From Methanothrix harundinacea (GTDB lineage: Archaea > Halobacteriota > Methanosarcinia > Methanotrichales > Methanotrichaceae): a stretch of 64,000 nucleotides of DNA. Shown in pieces: positions 39,167-47,732 of the stretch. Numbering within the stretch: position 1 is the stretch's first letter; every line of letters begins with the position of its first letter. The DNA is taken from assembly GCA_002506535.1 (NCBI GenBank), contig DAXT01000001.1, positions 24,165 to 88,164 of the forward strand, given 5' to 3'. Below the pieces are notes generated by a model. It saw only the letters and a list, made by a program, of their open reading frames with translations. It did no database searches and had not been told where the DNA came from. The translations under genes and the position numbers were made by a program.

Positions 39167-39751
39167 TTACTCGATCTTGATCTCCTTGCCCTTCTCCGCC
39201 TTCACCTTCTTCTCCAGCTCTACGGAGAGGACCCCGTTCTTATAGCTGGCTTTGGCACTATCGGGGTCGACCTCGGAGTCGAGGGCGATCGTCTTCGCGA
39301 ACTTCTTATCGCCGGTCGTCTCGATCCGGATCGACCGCTCGGTGGAGTCGAGCTTGATCGTCTCCTTCTCGACCCCCGGAAGCTCGGCGAAGATCTTGTA
39401 GAGGTCGCCGTCCTCCATCACGTCGACCAAGGGCTCGCGGCCGGCGCTCGGCTCGATCCCGCTGCGGCCGGGGCGGATGTTCCCAAACTCTCTGAAGGTC
39501 GGCTCCTTGCCCGGCTCGGCGGTGTAGCTGAAGCCGTAGACGAAGGGGCCGTAGCGACGGGACGTCCCCGCCGGGGTCTCCTCCTCCCGGACCAGCTCCT
39601 TCAGGTCCTCGGGGATCCCCTCCTGGAACCTCTTTATCAGGTCGTCGAAGGGGTCTCTATAAACCCCCCCCTCGTGCTCCTCCTCGAAGGGAAAGCCTCT
39701 GAAGAGCCCCTCGAAGGCGTCGAATATGGACGGGTATCTCCTTCTTCTCAC
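39167..39751 (-). CDS. Hsp20/alpha-crystallin small heat-shock protein
   Basis: 194 aa; alpha-crystallin domain VDVMEDGDLYKIFAELPGVEKETIKL...ASYKNGVLSVELEKK. Confidence 0.9.
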   Translation of the reverse strand: MRRRRYPSIFDAFEGLFRGFPFEEEHEGGVYRDPFDDLIKRFQEGIPEDLKELVREEETPAGTSRRYGPFVYGFSYTAEPGKEPTFREFGNIRPGRSGIEPSAGREPLVDVMEDGDLYKIFAELPGVEKETIKLDSTERSIRIETTGDKKFAKTIALDSEVDPDSAKASYKNGVLSVELEKKVKAEKGKEIKIE

Positions 39752-39874
39752 GATTTGTCACCTCTTTTTTATCGGTCGAGGTTATTATTATAGGGGCGCT
39801 CGGATATACGCTTTTTGGTGATCGGGGAGAGGTGGGGCGGGATAGACTTCCGGAAGTCTAGTGGGTTGTCTAAC

Positions 39875-40005
39875 GCCTCACGGACGACCCAGACCCCCAG
39901 GGCACCCGGCGCTCCTCGGCGATCTCCCGGACGATCAGGGCCGAAGCCTGCCGCCACATCTCGGCTAGTCGCTCCAGGACCGCGAGGCGGGCAGCTCGGC
40001 GCACC
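39875..40005 (-). pseudogene. Decayed duplicate of the nreA 3' region
   Basis: About 130 nt align by eye with nreA at 40417-40547. Fragment: gacgacccagacccccagggcacccggcgctcctcggcgatctcccggac. nreA: gacgacccagacccccaggggcgcccagtactcctcggtgatctcccggac. The fragment translates as RAARLAVLERLAEMWRQASALIVREIAEE then, after a frameshift, LGVWVVREAL. nreA reads YAARLALLERLADMRRQACVLAVREITEEYWAPLGVWVVREAA. Confidence 0.6.
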
Positions 40006-40041
40006 TGTTCACTCTCGTTGGATGTTAAAGCAGCTCATGGG

Positions 40042-40218
40042 TCATAATCCGAGCTCTGCCTTGAGGTTCTTCCAGGAAATGCCCTTCTCCCTAGTCTCTC
40101 GGGCGAGCCTGTCCAGCTCCTCGGGCTCGGGTTCGCCCGCATCGACATCTCGAACCGAATCTCGCCTAACCTTGACCGAAGACATCAAAATCCTCGTGCC
40201 ATTATCTCCGCGTTCCAT
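40042..40218 (-). CDS. Small ORF (58 aa), possibly antitoxin-like; below the ORF-track cutoff
   Basis: Manual translation gives MERGDNGTRILMSSVKVRRDSVRDVDAGEPEPEELDRLARETREKGISWKNLKAELGL*. Its TGA overlaps an ATG (ATGA) that opens only a 6-codon ORF. It lies between nreA and the nreA 3' fragment. Confidence 0.3.
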   Translation of the reverse strand: MERGDNGTRILMSSVKVRRDSVRDVDAGEPEPEELDRLARETREKGISWKNLKAELGL

Positions 40219-40256
40219 AGGCGCCCCTCACCGAATTTATAATCCATCATACCCCT

Positions 40257-41567
40257 TCAAAAGAACCTCGCCAGCGTCGTCTGCCCCGCCCCCCGCGCCA
40301 GCTCCGAATGCGCCCGCCACTCCCGCGCGGGCGTCCGGATCCGCGTCGCCATATTCGCCAGGGCCGCCTCGAGGGTCTCGAACCTCTTCGGCTCGCCCGC
40401 CAGGGCGGCCCTCGCCGCCTCCCTGACGACCCAGACCCCCAGGGGCGCCCAGTACTCCTCGGTGATCTCCCGGACCGCGAGGACGCAGGCCTGCCGCCTC
40501 ATATCGGCCAGTCGTTCGAGAAGTGCGAGGCGGGCGGCGTAGTACCCGCCGGCGAGGCTGCTGTACCCCTTCTTCGGGCCGGGGCCCTCCCGGTCCGAGC
40601 CGATCCACGCCTCCTTCCCCGACCAGACAGACCGGGGCAGCCAGATCTCGATCAGCTCGTAGGTGAAAGAGCCGGGGGCGAAGAGGACCTCGAAGCGATT
40701 TCCCAGCCTCTCGCCTGAGAAGAGTAGAAAGTCGCCGATGGGCTGGTAGTCGAGGATCGTGGAGATGAGATGCTTTCCGGCGATGTCGTCGGAGGCGGTG
40801 ATCGACCACCTCGTAGGGACGAGCTTTCTGTTCTTGCCGAGGAGCCCCAGGGATAGGAGCCGGGAGATCCCGTCCACCTCCACCCCCGACCCGTAAAGCT
40901 CGCCGACGGCGGCTGCGGCCAGTAGGTCGGTATCCCCCACCACCTCGTCGACCTTCCGGGGTACCGTCGGGTTCGAGATGATCACCATCTCCTCGACGGT
41001 GCCGACCGGCCCCGAGGGCATCATGAAGCCGTCGAAGCGCAGCCTCCCCCGTGGGGGCTTTGCGAAGGTCACCTCCGTCTCTACCGGAGTCGAGGAGATG
41101 GCGATCTCCTGGGCCATCTCCAGGAGCTTTCCGGGGTTTTTGGCGTCAAAGACCGCCACCTTCGAGGCGGACCTCACCATCGACGACCTGAGGGCGACGA
41201 TCTCCCCTACGCCCATGAGGGCCAGCTCCGCCGGCCGGGAGAAGAGAGATGGGGGGAGGGGGGTAAAGGGGTCGATTTCGGGGACGTTCACTGAATCGGA
41301 GATGGTGGCGGACCTGGAGGAGGCCGATCGAGAAGAGAGGGCTGAGCAGATCCCGTCCCCATAACTGCTTCCATCCGCCGGGACCAGGGGGCCGGCGGAG
41401 ACCCGGGGGTAGCCGAACCTCCCGACGAAGACCTCCGGGGGCGACGGCCCCTCGATCGTCGTCCCGAGCTTCGGGATCTGCTCCACGACCCGGAAGCTCT
41501 GGAGGATCGGGCAGACCGGCCTTCCGCAGAGCCCCCTCCCCTTGCACCGGACGCACCTAGTAGCCAA
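40257..41567 (-). CDS. nreA: NreA-family archaeal DNA repair protein (DUF650/DUF651)
   Basis: 436 aa. N-terminal Cys cluster MATRCVRCKGRGLCGRPVCPIL, then PPEVFVGRFGYPRV. The family is recalled from memory. Confidence 0.7.
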   Translation of the reverse strand: MATRCVRCKGRGLCGRPVCPILQSFRVVEQIPKLGTTIEGPSPPEVFVGRFGYPRVSAGPLVPADGSSYGDGICSALSSRSASSRSATISDSVNVPEIDPFTPLPPSLFSRPAELALMGVGEIVALRSSMVRSASKVAVFDAKNPGKLLEMAQEIAISSTPVETEVTFAKPPRGRLRFDGFMMPSGPVGTVEEMVIISNPTVPRKVDEVVGDTDLLAAAAVGELYGSGVEVDGISRLLSLGLLGKNRKLVPTRWSITASDDIAGKHLISTILDYQPIGDFLLFSGERLGNRFEVLFAPGSFTYELIEIWLPRSVWSGKEAWIGSDREGPGPKKGYSSLAGGYYAARLALLERLADMRRQACVLAVREITEEYWAPLGVWVVREAARAALAGEPKRFETLEAALANMATRIRTPAREWRAHSELARGAGQTTLARFF

Positions 41568-41613
41568 CTGATCGAAAACGGCTTTTATAGGATATAGCCC
41601 CTATCATCCAGCC

Positions 41614-41964
41614 ATGATGGAGATCAAGGGCGACCTCATCCCGGCGGTCGTCCAGGATATAGAGACCGGCGAGGTCCTGATGCTCGCCTATATGAACCGC
41701 GAAGCCCTGGCGAAGACCCTGGAGACGGGCAAGGCCCACTACTGGTCGCGGTCGAGGGGTAAGCTCTGGCTGAAGGGAGAGTCCTCCGGCCACTTCCAGA
41801 GGGTCGTGGAGGCGAGGATCGACTGCGACCAGGACGCGATCCTCCTTAAGGTGGAGCAGGAGGGAGGGGCCTGTCATACAGGCTACCGGACCTGCTTCTA
41901 CCGGGATCTGGAGGGGAAGGTGGTGGGTGAACGGGTCTTCAATCCCGACGAGGTCTACCGGTGA
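41614..41964 (+). CDS. hisI: Phosphoribosyl-AMP cyclohydrolase
   Basis: 116 aa; LIPAVVQD...[10 protein letters not shown]...YWSRSR..LW.KGE.SG......DCD.D..L..V...G.ACHTG..SCF pattern. Confidence 0.95.
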   Translation: MMEIKGDLIPAVVQDIETGEVLMLAYMNREALAKTLETGKAHYWSRSRGKLWLKGESSGHFQRVVEARIDCDQDAILLKVEQEGGACHTGYRTCFYRDLEGKVVGERVFNPDEVYR

Positions 41965-43082
41965 ATAAGGGGGCGAAGGAAGCGAGCGAACCTAAGCGGT
42001 ACACCCTGGCCTCCAGCCCCCTCCTCCGGGCCGAGGCTTCCGTCGCGGACGGGAGGGTGAGGCTGGAGGCGGCGGGACCCCTCGGACGCCTCCCCTTCGT
42101 CAAGTCGGCCCAACGAATCGCCGACGGCCAGATCCCTGTGATGGCCGGGGAGAAACGGTTGATCCTCTCGACATGGTTTCCGCCCATCCCGAGCCGGGCC
42201 TTCGACCGGCTGGCGAAGAGCTACCTCAAGGCCTCCTTCGGCCTGCGGACCCCCGACCAGGTGACGATATCCATCACCGAGGACTGCCCCAACCGCTGCC
42301 TCCACTGCGCCCTGCCGGATACGGGAAGACACCACCGACTGGAGCCAGCGGAGGTCGAAGACGTCGTCGGCCAGGTCCTGGACCTCGGGACGACCCTCGT
42401 CATATTCGACGGCGGGGAGCCGACGACCTACCGGGAGCTCCCCGACCTCGTCCGGTCCGTCGACGACCGGGCGGTATCAACAATGTTCACCTCTGGGGCA
42501 GGTTTCACCGAACGGCTCGCCCGGAATTTGAAAGATGCGGGCCTCTACGCCGTCAACGTCAGCCTCGACTCCGCCGCCGAGGCGGAGCACGACCGGATGA
42601 GGGGGAGAACTGGCGCTTTTCGCGATGCTATGAAGGCCGTCGAGAACGCCCTCGCAGCCGGCCTCCTCGTGGACCTGTACGTCGTCCTGAGGCGGGAGAA
42701 CGTCTCCGAGATCGGGGAGCTTCACAGCCTCGCCGCCGAGTTGAAAGCCAGCGAGATGACCCTCTTCGAGGTCGTCCCGACGGGGAGGTGGACCGGCGAG
42801 GACGATTCCTTCCTGACAGAAGATGATCGTGCCCTCATCGACGGGTTCGTCTCGGAGGCGCCGCCTCCCAGAATATTCTCCGTCCCTTCGGCCTTCCGGG
42901 AGCTCGGATGCTTCGCCGGGAGAAACTGGATGCACATCACCCCTGAGGGAGACGTCTATCCATGCGCCTGTCTTCCCAAAGTGGTCGGAAATGTCCGGAA
43001 GGAGTCTGTCAGGAAAATATGGCGAAAGATGGCGAGACTACCCTTCCGAGGGAGAAAAATCTGTCCGGCACGCAAGTATTAG
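41961..43082 (+). CDS. Radical SAM protein with a SPASM/twitch-like C-terminal Cys cluster
   Basis: CPNRCLHC (CxxxCxxC) at about residue 110. C-terminal [24 protein letters not shown]. The GTG start overlaps the hisI stop, so the real start may lie further downstream. Confidence 0.75.
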   Translation: MNKGAKEASEPKRYTLASSPLLRAEASVADGRVRLEAAGPLGRLPFVKSAQRIADGQIPVMAGEKRLILSTWFPPIPSRAFDRLAKSYLKASFGLRTPDQVTISITEDCPNRCLHCALPDTGRHHRLEPAEVEDVVGQVLDLGTTLVIFDGGEPTTYRELPDLVRSVDDRAVSTMFTSGAGFTERLARNLKDAGLYAVNVSLDSAAEAEHDRMRGRTGAFRDAMKAVENALAAGLLVDLYVVLRRENVSEIGELHSLAAELKASEMTLFEVVPTGRWTGEDDSFLTEDDRALIDGFVSEAPPPRIFSVPSAFRELGCFAGRNWMHITPEGDVYPCACLPKVVGNVRKESVRKIWRKMARLPFRGRKICPARKY

Positions 43083-43116
43083 CCCAAAGATCAACACGTA
43101 TTTATAGCTCATAATC

Positions 43117-44010
43117 ATGAAGGACGATCCGATCAGTATGGAGCTCACACAGATACAGCGAGAGATACTGACTGCTCTGATAAACTTGCAGAGACGGGAG
43201 GGGAGGGCTGTCAAGGGCGAGGAGATCGCCACCATCATCGACCGAAACCCCGGCACCATCAGGAACCAGATGCAATCACTGAAAGCTCTTCATCTGGTAG
43301 AGGGAGTTCCAGGGCCCAAAGGGGGGTATCGGGCCATATCCGCCGCCTACGAAGCTATGAACCTGGATGGGGCCGACGACGTAGTGGACGTCCCTGTGGT
43401 AAGGAACGGATCTCCCGTCCAGGGGGCCACCGCCAACGAGATCACCTTCTTCACCGTCATGAGGCCGAACCAGTGCAGCGGCATCGTCCAGATCATCGGG
43501 AACATCAGGGACTTCAACATCGACGACGAGATCGAGATAGGGCCGACCCCCGTCAACAAGACCCATATCAAGGGGGTCGTAACCGGAAGGGACGACACCA
43601 CCAACCGGCTGATATTCGATATAAAGGAGATGGCTTCGATACCCAAGATCCCGGTGAAGAACCTGGCCAGTCCTGCCATCACCATTGACCCCGAGACCAC
43701 TCTCCTCGAAGCGTGTCAGAGGCTCTCCGATTCGAAGGTCCGGGCAGCCCTCGTAGGAAAGAACGGGGACCGGATGGGGCTCATCTCCATGGAGGAGATC
43801 GTCCGGGGGGTGGCGGAGGGTAGGATGGACCGGCCGGTGAAGGAGTCGATGGATAGGGATTATCCCACCGTCGAGGGGGACGAACCGCTCCACGCCGCCA
43901 TCACCAAGCTCGGTGAGACGGGAGCCTCTCAGGTGGTAGTCACCGACTCCGACGTCCCATCAGGGATGCTGGAGGCGAAAGACCTCGTCCGCTGCATGAT
44001 CCGGTTTTAG
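43117..44010 (+). CDS. HTH (HrcA-N-like wHTH) plus CBS-pair domain regulator
   Basis: 297 aa. N-terminal LTQIQREILTALINLQRREGRAVKGEEIATIIDRNPGTIRNQMQSLKALHLVEGVPGPKGGY. The C-terminus is CBS-pair-like. Confidence 0.7.
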   Translation: MKDDPISMELTQIQREILTALINLQRREGRAVKGEEIATIIDRNPGTIRNQMQSLKALHLVEGVPGPKGGYRAISAAYEAMNLDGADDVVDVPVVRNGSPVQGATANEITFFTVMRPNQCSGIVQIIGNIRDFNIDDEIEIGPTPVNKTHIKGVVTGRDDTTNRLIFDIKEMASIPKIPVKNLASPAITIDPETTLLEACQRLSDSKVRAALVGKNGDRMGLISMEEIVRGVAEGRMDRPVKESMDRDYPTVEGDEPLHAAITKLGETGASQVVVTDSDVPSGMLEAKDLVRCMIRF

Positions 44011-44028
44011 GGGCCGAAAGGCCCCGGT

Positions 44029-44697
44029 TCAGGAGATCTCCGTACCAGAGTGGCCGCCTTCGGCCCCTCTCTTCAGGTTTTCCGCGTCCGCGCCGTGGAC
44101 TACGACGGTAAATATGGATGACCGCTCGATGATCTTCGCCGCCAGGGGGTCGACGGGCGAGCGCGACCCCGCCTTCATCTCCGTCTCCATGGCGAGGCGG
44201 ACGAGGTCTTTGGCGCTCATCTTATCGAACTTCACCGCCCCCGGATCGACCTCCGGGTCGGCGGAGTAGACGCCGTCGACGGAGGTGGCCACGATCAGCC
44301 GATCGGCGCCGACGTACTCGGCCAGGAGGGCTGCCACGGCGTCCGTCGTCTGGCCGGGGGCCATCCCCCCGAGGACGACGATTCTTCCTCCGGCAGAGGC
44401 AGAAAGGGCACCAGCGTAGCTCTCGGCAGGTTCGGGGGCGGCCGCCTTCCCCAGGGCGGCGATGAGGAGCATGGCGTTGAGCCTCGTGGCTCCGATCCCC
44501 AGAAGATCGCAGAAGGCCTCTCCGGCCTGGAGGGCCCGAGCCTTTCCTATGTACTCCCGGGCGATCTTTCCGCCGCCGACGACGACGAAGATCTGGTGGT
44601 CCGCCGCGAGGTTCTTTAGAGCGGCAGCATACTCCTTGAGGCTCTCGGCATCGCGGCCCGCCAGGATGGAGCCGCCGAGGGAATAGACGAGTATCAT
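44029..44697 (-). CDS. pyrH: UMP kinase (archaeal type)
   Basis: I chose the ATG at 44697 (MILVYSLGGSIL...VVVGGGKIAREY). The amino-acid kinase fold is evident. Confidence 0.9.
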   Translation of the reverse strand: MILVYSLGGSILAGRDAESLKEYAAALKNLAADHQIFVVVGGGKIAREYIGKARALQAGEAFCDLLGIGATRLNAMLLIAALGKAAAPEPAESYAGALSASAGGRIVVLGGMAPGQTTDAVAALLAEYVGADRLIVATSVDGVYSADPEVDPGAVKFDKMSAKDLVRLAMETEMKAGSRSPVDPLAAKIIERSSIFTVVVHGADAENLKRGAEGGHSGTEIS

Positions 44698-44741
44698 GGG
44701 GGAGAGCAGGATTATCGGCGGATAAAAAGGTTCCTTGTGAT

Positions 44742-47237
44742 CTAGTCGGACCACTCCGCCAGCTTCTTGCAGACGGCATCGGCGGAGGGGCTCTCGATCT
44801 CCTCGAAGATGGCGAGAGCGGACCTGGCCAGAGAGAGGGCCTCCTCATTTTGGCCCAGGGCGTGCAGAGAGAGGCTCATATTGAACAGGCCCTTTCCTTC
44901 GCCCCGCCGGTCCCCGATCTCCCAGGAGATTACAAGAGCCTCTTCGTAAAAATCGATCGCCTTCCGGGGATCGCCAAGATCGAAGTAAGCAAGCCCCAGG
45001 TTGCCCAGGTGGCTTCCTTCGCCCTGCCGGTCCCCGATCTCTCGTGAGATCTCGAGAGCCTGATCGTAGAGTTTGATGGCTTTTTGGAGGTTATTCAGAT
45101 GAAAATAAGCAATCCCAAGTTTGCCCAGATGAGCTCCTTCGGCTCTGCGGTAGCTGATCTCTTGTGAGATCTTGAGGGCTCGATCGTAGAACTCGATTGC
45201 CTTTTGGGGATCGCCCAGAAAGAGGTAGATTTCGCCCACATTGCCCAGGTGTATTCCTTCATTCTCCTTGTCTCCGATCTTGCGAGAAATTTTGAGCGCT
45301 TGCTCATAGTATTCGATGGCCTTGTGAGGATCCCCAAGATGAAAGTAGGCTAGGCCTAGGTTACTCAGGTTAATTCCTTCACCTCGAAGGTCTCCGATCT
45401 TATGAGAGATTTTGATTGACTGCTCGTAATACTCGATCGCCTTCTGAGTATCGCCCACATGAAAGTAGGCTAGGCCGAGATTCCCCAAATGTGCTATTTC
45501 GCCCACTAGGTCTCCGATCGAACGAGAAATTTTGAGCGCCTGCTCATAGTACTCGATGGCCTTATGAGGATCGCCAAGATGGGAGTGGTACTTACCAAGG
45601 TTATCTAGGCTATTTGCTACTGCTTTCCAGTCTTCTATATCACTAGAAATTTTGAGTACTTGTTCGGTGTATTCTATGGCCTTGTTAGGATCACCCAAAT
45701 GAGAGTAAGCTAGGCCCAGGTTGCCCAGGCTATATATTGCGAGCTGCTCGTCCCCGATTTCACGAGAAATCTTGAGTGCTTGCTCGAAATATTCTATGGC
45801 CTTGTGAGGATTGCCCAGATGAAAGTAGGCTAGGCCGAGATTCCCCAAGTGTGCCCCTTCTGCCCCCTTATTATTTATCTCACGCACTGCAGTAAGCGCC
45901 TCGTTCAACCATTCGATATATTTGGAAGGATGCAACCTTAAATTTAAAATATTGCCCATCCAGGCAAAGTCGCTGCAAATTTCTGCTATTTCGGTGCACT
46001 TGAATTTGTTCTCACTCGCCCACTTCTGCCCAGCCTCAATGTTTATCCAATCTATATCGAAAAGCATCAAGCCCATTGCCAAAAAATCATTGCCTTCCTG
46101 AATTGATTCTTCTGCCTTCCTTAGAATATTTAGGTAGTATCTGGCATGTCTCAATCTGGCCGTCTCGCGGCTATAATCATATAATTTCGATCCGGCAAAA
46201 TCCCGCGCCAGGTCGTGGAGCCGATATCGTCCCCCTTCGCCGGTGGCGGAAGGTGAAAATTCCACCAGGCTCCACCGGATCAGCTCGCCTAGAGCGTCCT
46301 CGGCGGGCATCTCTTCCATCTCCCAGACGGCCGCCGCTCCGGCGAGGTCGAAGTCTGCGGGAAATATGGAGAGGAGGGACCAGAGCCTCTGCAGCTCCGG
46401 GGTGAGGAGGTCGTAGCTCAGGGTGAAGGAGGCTTCCACCAGCTCCAGCCGCTCCCTGGCATCTCCCAATCTCTTGATGTAGTTGGCAACGCTCAAATTC
46501 GGCTTCTCTCTCAAGATAGAGGCGGCGTTTCTCAGGGCGATGGGAAGGCGACCGCAGAGCTTTGCCAGCTCTTCCGCATGATCGCCGATACGCTCGCAGA
46601 TCTCCAGGAGGAGATTCTTGGCGTCATCCTGGGGGAGGACGTCCAGGTCTTTTTCCGCCAAACCGGGAAGGGTGAATTTATTGCGAGAGGTCACCAAAAG
46701 AGAGCAGCTATTTGGTGGCAGGAGGGGCTCAACCTGGTCACGATCTGCGGCATTGTCGAGCAAGATCAAGGCCTTCTTGCCGTTTAGGACAGTTAGATAA
46801 AGCCCGCTCAGTCCATTCAACTCCTCCGGCAATGAGGCATCGGCTCCAAGATAGGAGCGAATTACGTGAGCCATGGCATCTTTGGGGTCGAGCGGGCTCT
46901 TGCTTGTGCCCAGCATATCCAAGAAGAGCTGGCCGTCTGCAAAACGATTTTTGAGTCGATCGGCCAGAACCAGGGCCAGAGCAGTCTTGCCCACGCCGCC
47001 CATGCCTCTTAGACCTGTGATGGTTGCACCATGGCCGAACTTCTCAAGAAGGCCTTTGATTTCGTCCTCACGGCCCGTGAAGTCTGCCGGTTGTGGCGGG
47101 ATTTCCTGAGGGACCGGCAAAGCCGAGGCTGAACCAGGTGGTTGAATGATCACCTTACCAGCACGGCGAATGTTGATCTGTTCTTTTACAGACTGGCCTT
47201 TTTGGTCGAAGTCTGATGGCTCCGTCATCTTCGTCAT
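44742..47237 (-). CDS. NLR-like STAND NTPase: N-terminal short Gln/Asn motif, NB-ARC domain and about 9 TPR repeats
   Basis: 831 aa. Walker A GLRGMGGVGKTALA, Walker B KALILLDNA, and LLVTSRN (RNBS-B-like). Eight near-identical 40-aa TPRs (AIEYYEQALKISRxIGDxxGEGxHLGNLGLAYFHLGDPxK) plus one degenerate repeat. Composition is lower GC than the flanks. Confidence 0.9.
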   Translation of the reverse strand: MTKMTEPSDFDQKGQSVKEQINIRRAGKVIIQPPGSASALPVPQEIPPQPADFTGREDEIKGLLEKFGHGATITGLRGMGGVGKTALALVLADRLKNRFADGQLFLDMLGTSKSPLDPKDAMAHVIRSYLGADASLPEELNGLSGLYLTVLNGKKALILLDNAADRDQVEPLLPPNSCSLLVTSRNKFTLPGLAEKDLDVLPQDDAKNLLLEICERIGDHAEELAKLCGRLPIALRNAASILREKPNLSVANYIKRLGDARERLELVEASFTLSYDLLTPELQRLWSLLSIFPADFDLAGAAAVWEMEEMPAEDALGELIRWSLVEFSPSATGEGGRYRLHDLARDFAGSKLYDYSRETARLRHARYYLNILRKAEESIQEGNDFLAMGLMLFDIDWINIEAGQKWASENKFKCTEIAEICSDFAWMGNILNLRLHPSKYIEWLNEALTAVREINNKGAEGAHLGNLGLAYFHLGNPHKAIEYFEQALKISREIGDEQLAIYSLGNLGLAYSHLGDPNKAIEYTEQVLKISSDIEDWKAVANSLDNLGKYHSHLGDPHKAIEYYEQALKISRSIGDLVGEIAHLGNLGLAYFHVGDTQKAIEYYEQSIKISHKIGDLRGEGINLSNLGLAYFHLGDPHKAIEYYEQALKISRKIGDKENEGIHLGNVGEIYLFLGDPQKAIEFYDRALKISQEISYRRAEGAHLGKLGIAYFHLNNLQKAIKLYDQALEISREIGDRQGEGSHLGNLGLAYFDLGDPRKAIDFYEEALVISWEIGDRRGEGKGLFNMSLSLHALGQNEEALSLARSALAIFEEIESPSADAVCKKLAEWSD
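44840..45920 (-). repeat. Coding tandem repeats (120-nt period) of the TPR array
   Basis: Near-identical 120-nt units are visible at about 45300, 45420, 45540, 45660 and 45780, for example gcctgctcatagta[tc]tcgatggcctt[ga]tgaggatc. Confidence 0.75.
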
Positions 47238-47239
47238 CT

Positions 47240-47641
47240 CTATTTGGTGCCGATATTTACTGAGCCTTGCACATTTCCGATATTGGTCTGGGATCCAACA
47301 TTCTGTCCACGCTGATCAAAGATTATGCGATTTGAGGAAGCCTCATTATTAATTTCATCAAATAGCTTTTTGGCCAATTCAGCAAACTCGGGGTCATCTT
47401 TCATCTTCTCAGCTAGGATTCCTTTGAGCGCAATCTGCCGGTCATCTGATTCAGGCATCTCCTGGGCTCGGGCCAAGGTCTGCTCTGCATAAGAATCTCC
47501 TTTGAATTTATTAGCTACAGCCTCGCAAAAATCAACCATCTTCCCGCCCAATTTCTCCCCGGCGGTCTTGGTGAAAGCTTCTGCGCCTTTGGCTAAGAGC
47601 GGTGCGGCAAAGGCGGCCAAACTGACCGGATCAAGTACCAT
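47240..47641 (-). CDS. Small helical protein with a C-terminal Gly/Asn/Gln-rich motif matching the NLR N-terminus (candidate Bell/HeLo-like effector)
   Basis: 133 aa. Hydrophobic N-terminus MVLDPVSLAAFAAPLLAKGAEAF, a charged helical middle, and the tail IIFDQRGQNVGSQTNIGNVQGSVNIGTK*. Its stop lies 2 nt before the NLR ATG. Confidence 0.6.
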   Translation of the reverse strand: MVLDPVSLAAFAAPLLAKGAEAFTKTAGEKLGGKMVDFCEAVANKFKGDSYAEQTLARAQEMPESDDRQIALKGILAEKMKDDPEFAELAKKLFDEINNEASSNRIIFDQRGQNVGSQTNIGNVQGSVNIGTK

Positions 47642-47732
47642 TTCAATCGAAAGATAAGTTGGTGAATGAAGATGATAAGTTTTTGGATAACACCAAACAA
47701 AAAGAGCAAAAAAAGTTATGAAGATGGGCGCT

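Noticed and set aside
39815-40426. A 203-aa plus-strand ORF covering the nreA-fragment region, and ORF 39769-39957(-).
   Set aside because: The plus-strand ORF is Ser/Pro/Arg/Ala-rich and antisense to nreA and the small ORF. The minus-strand 62-aa ORF is the frameshifted tail of the nreA 3' duplicate, so it is treated as a pseudogene remnant rather than a gene.
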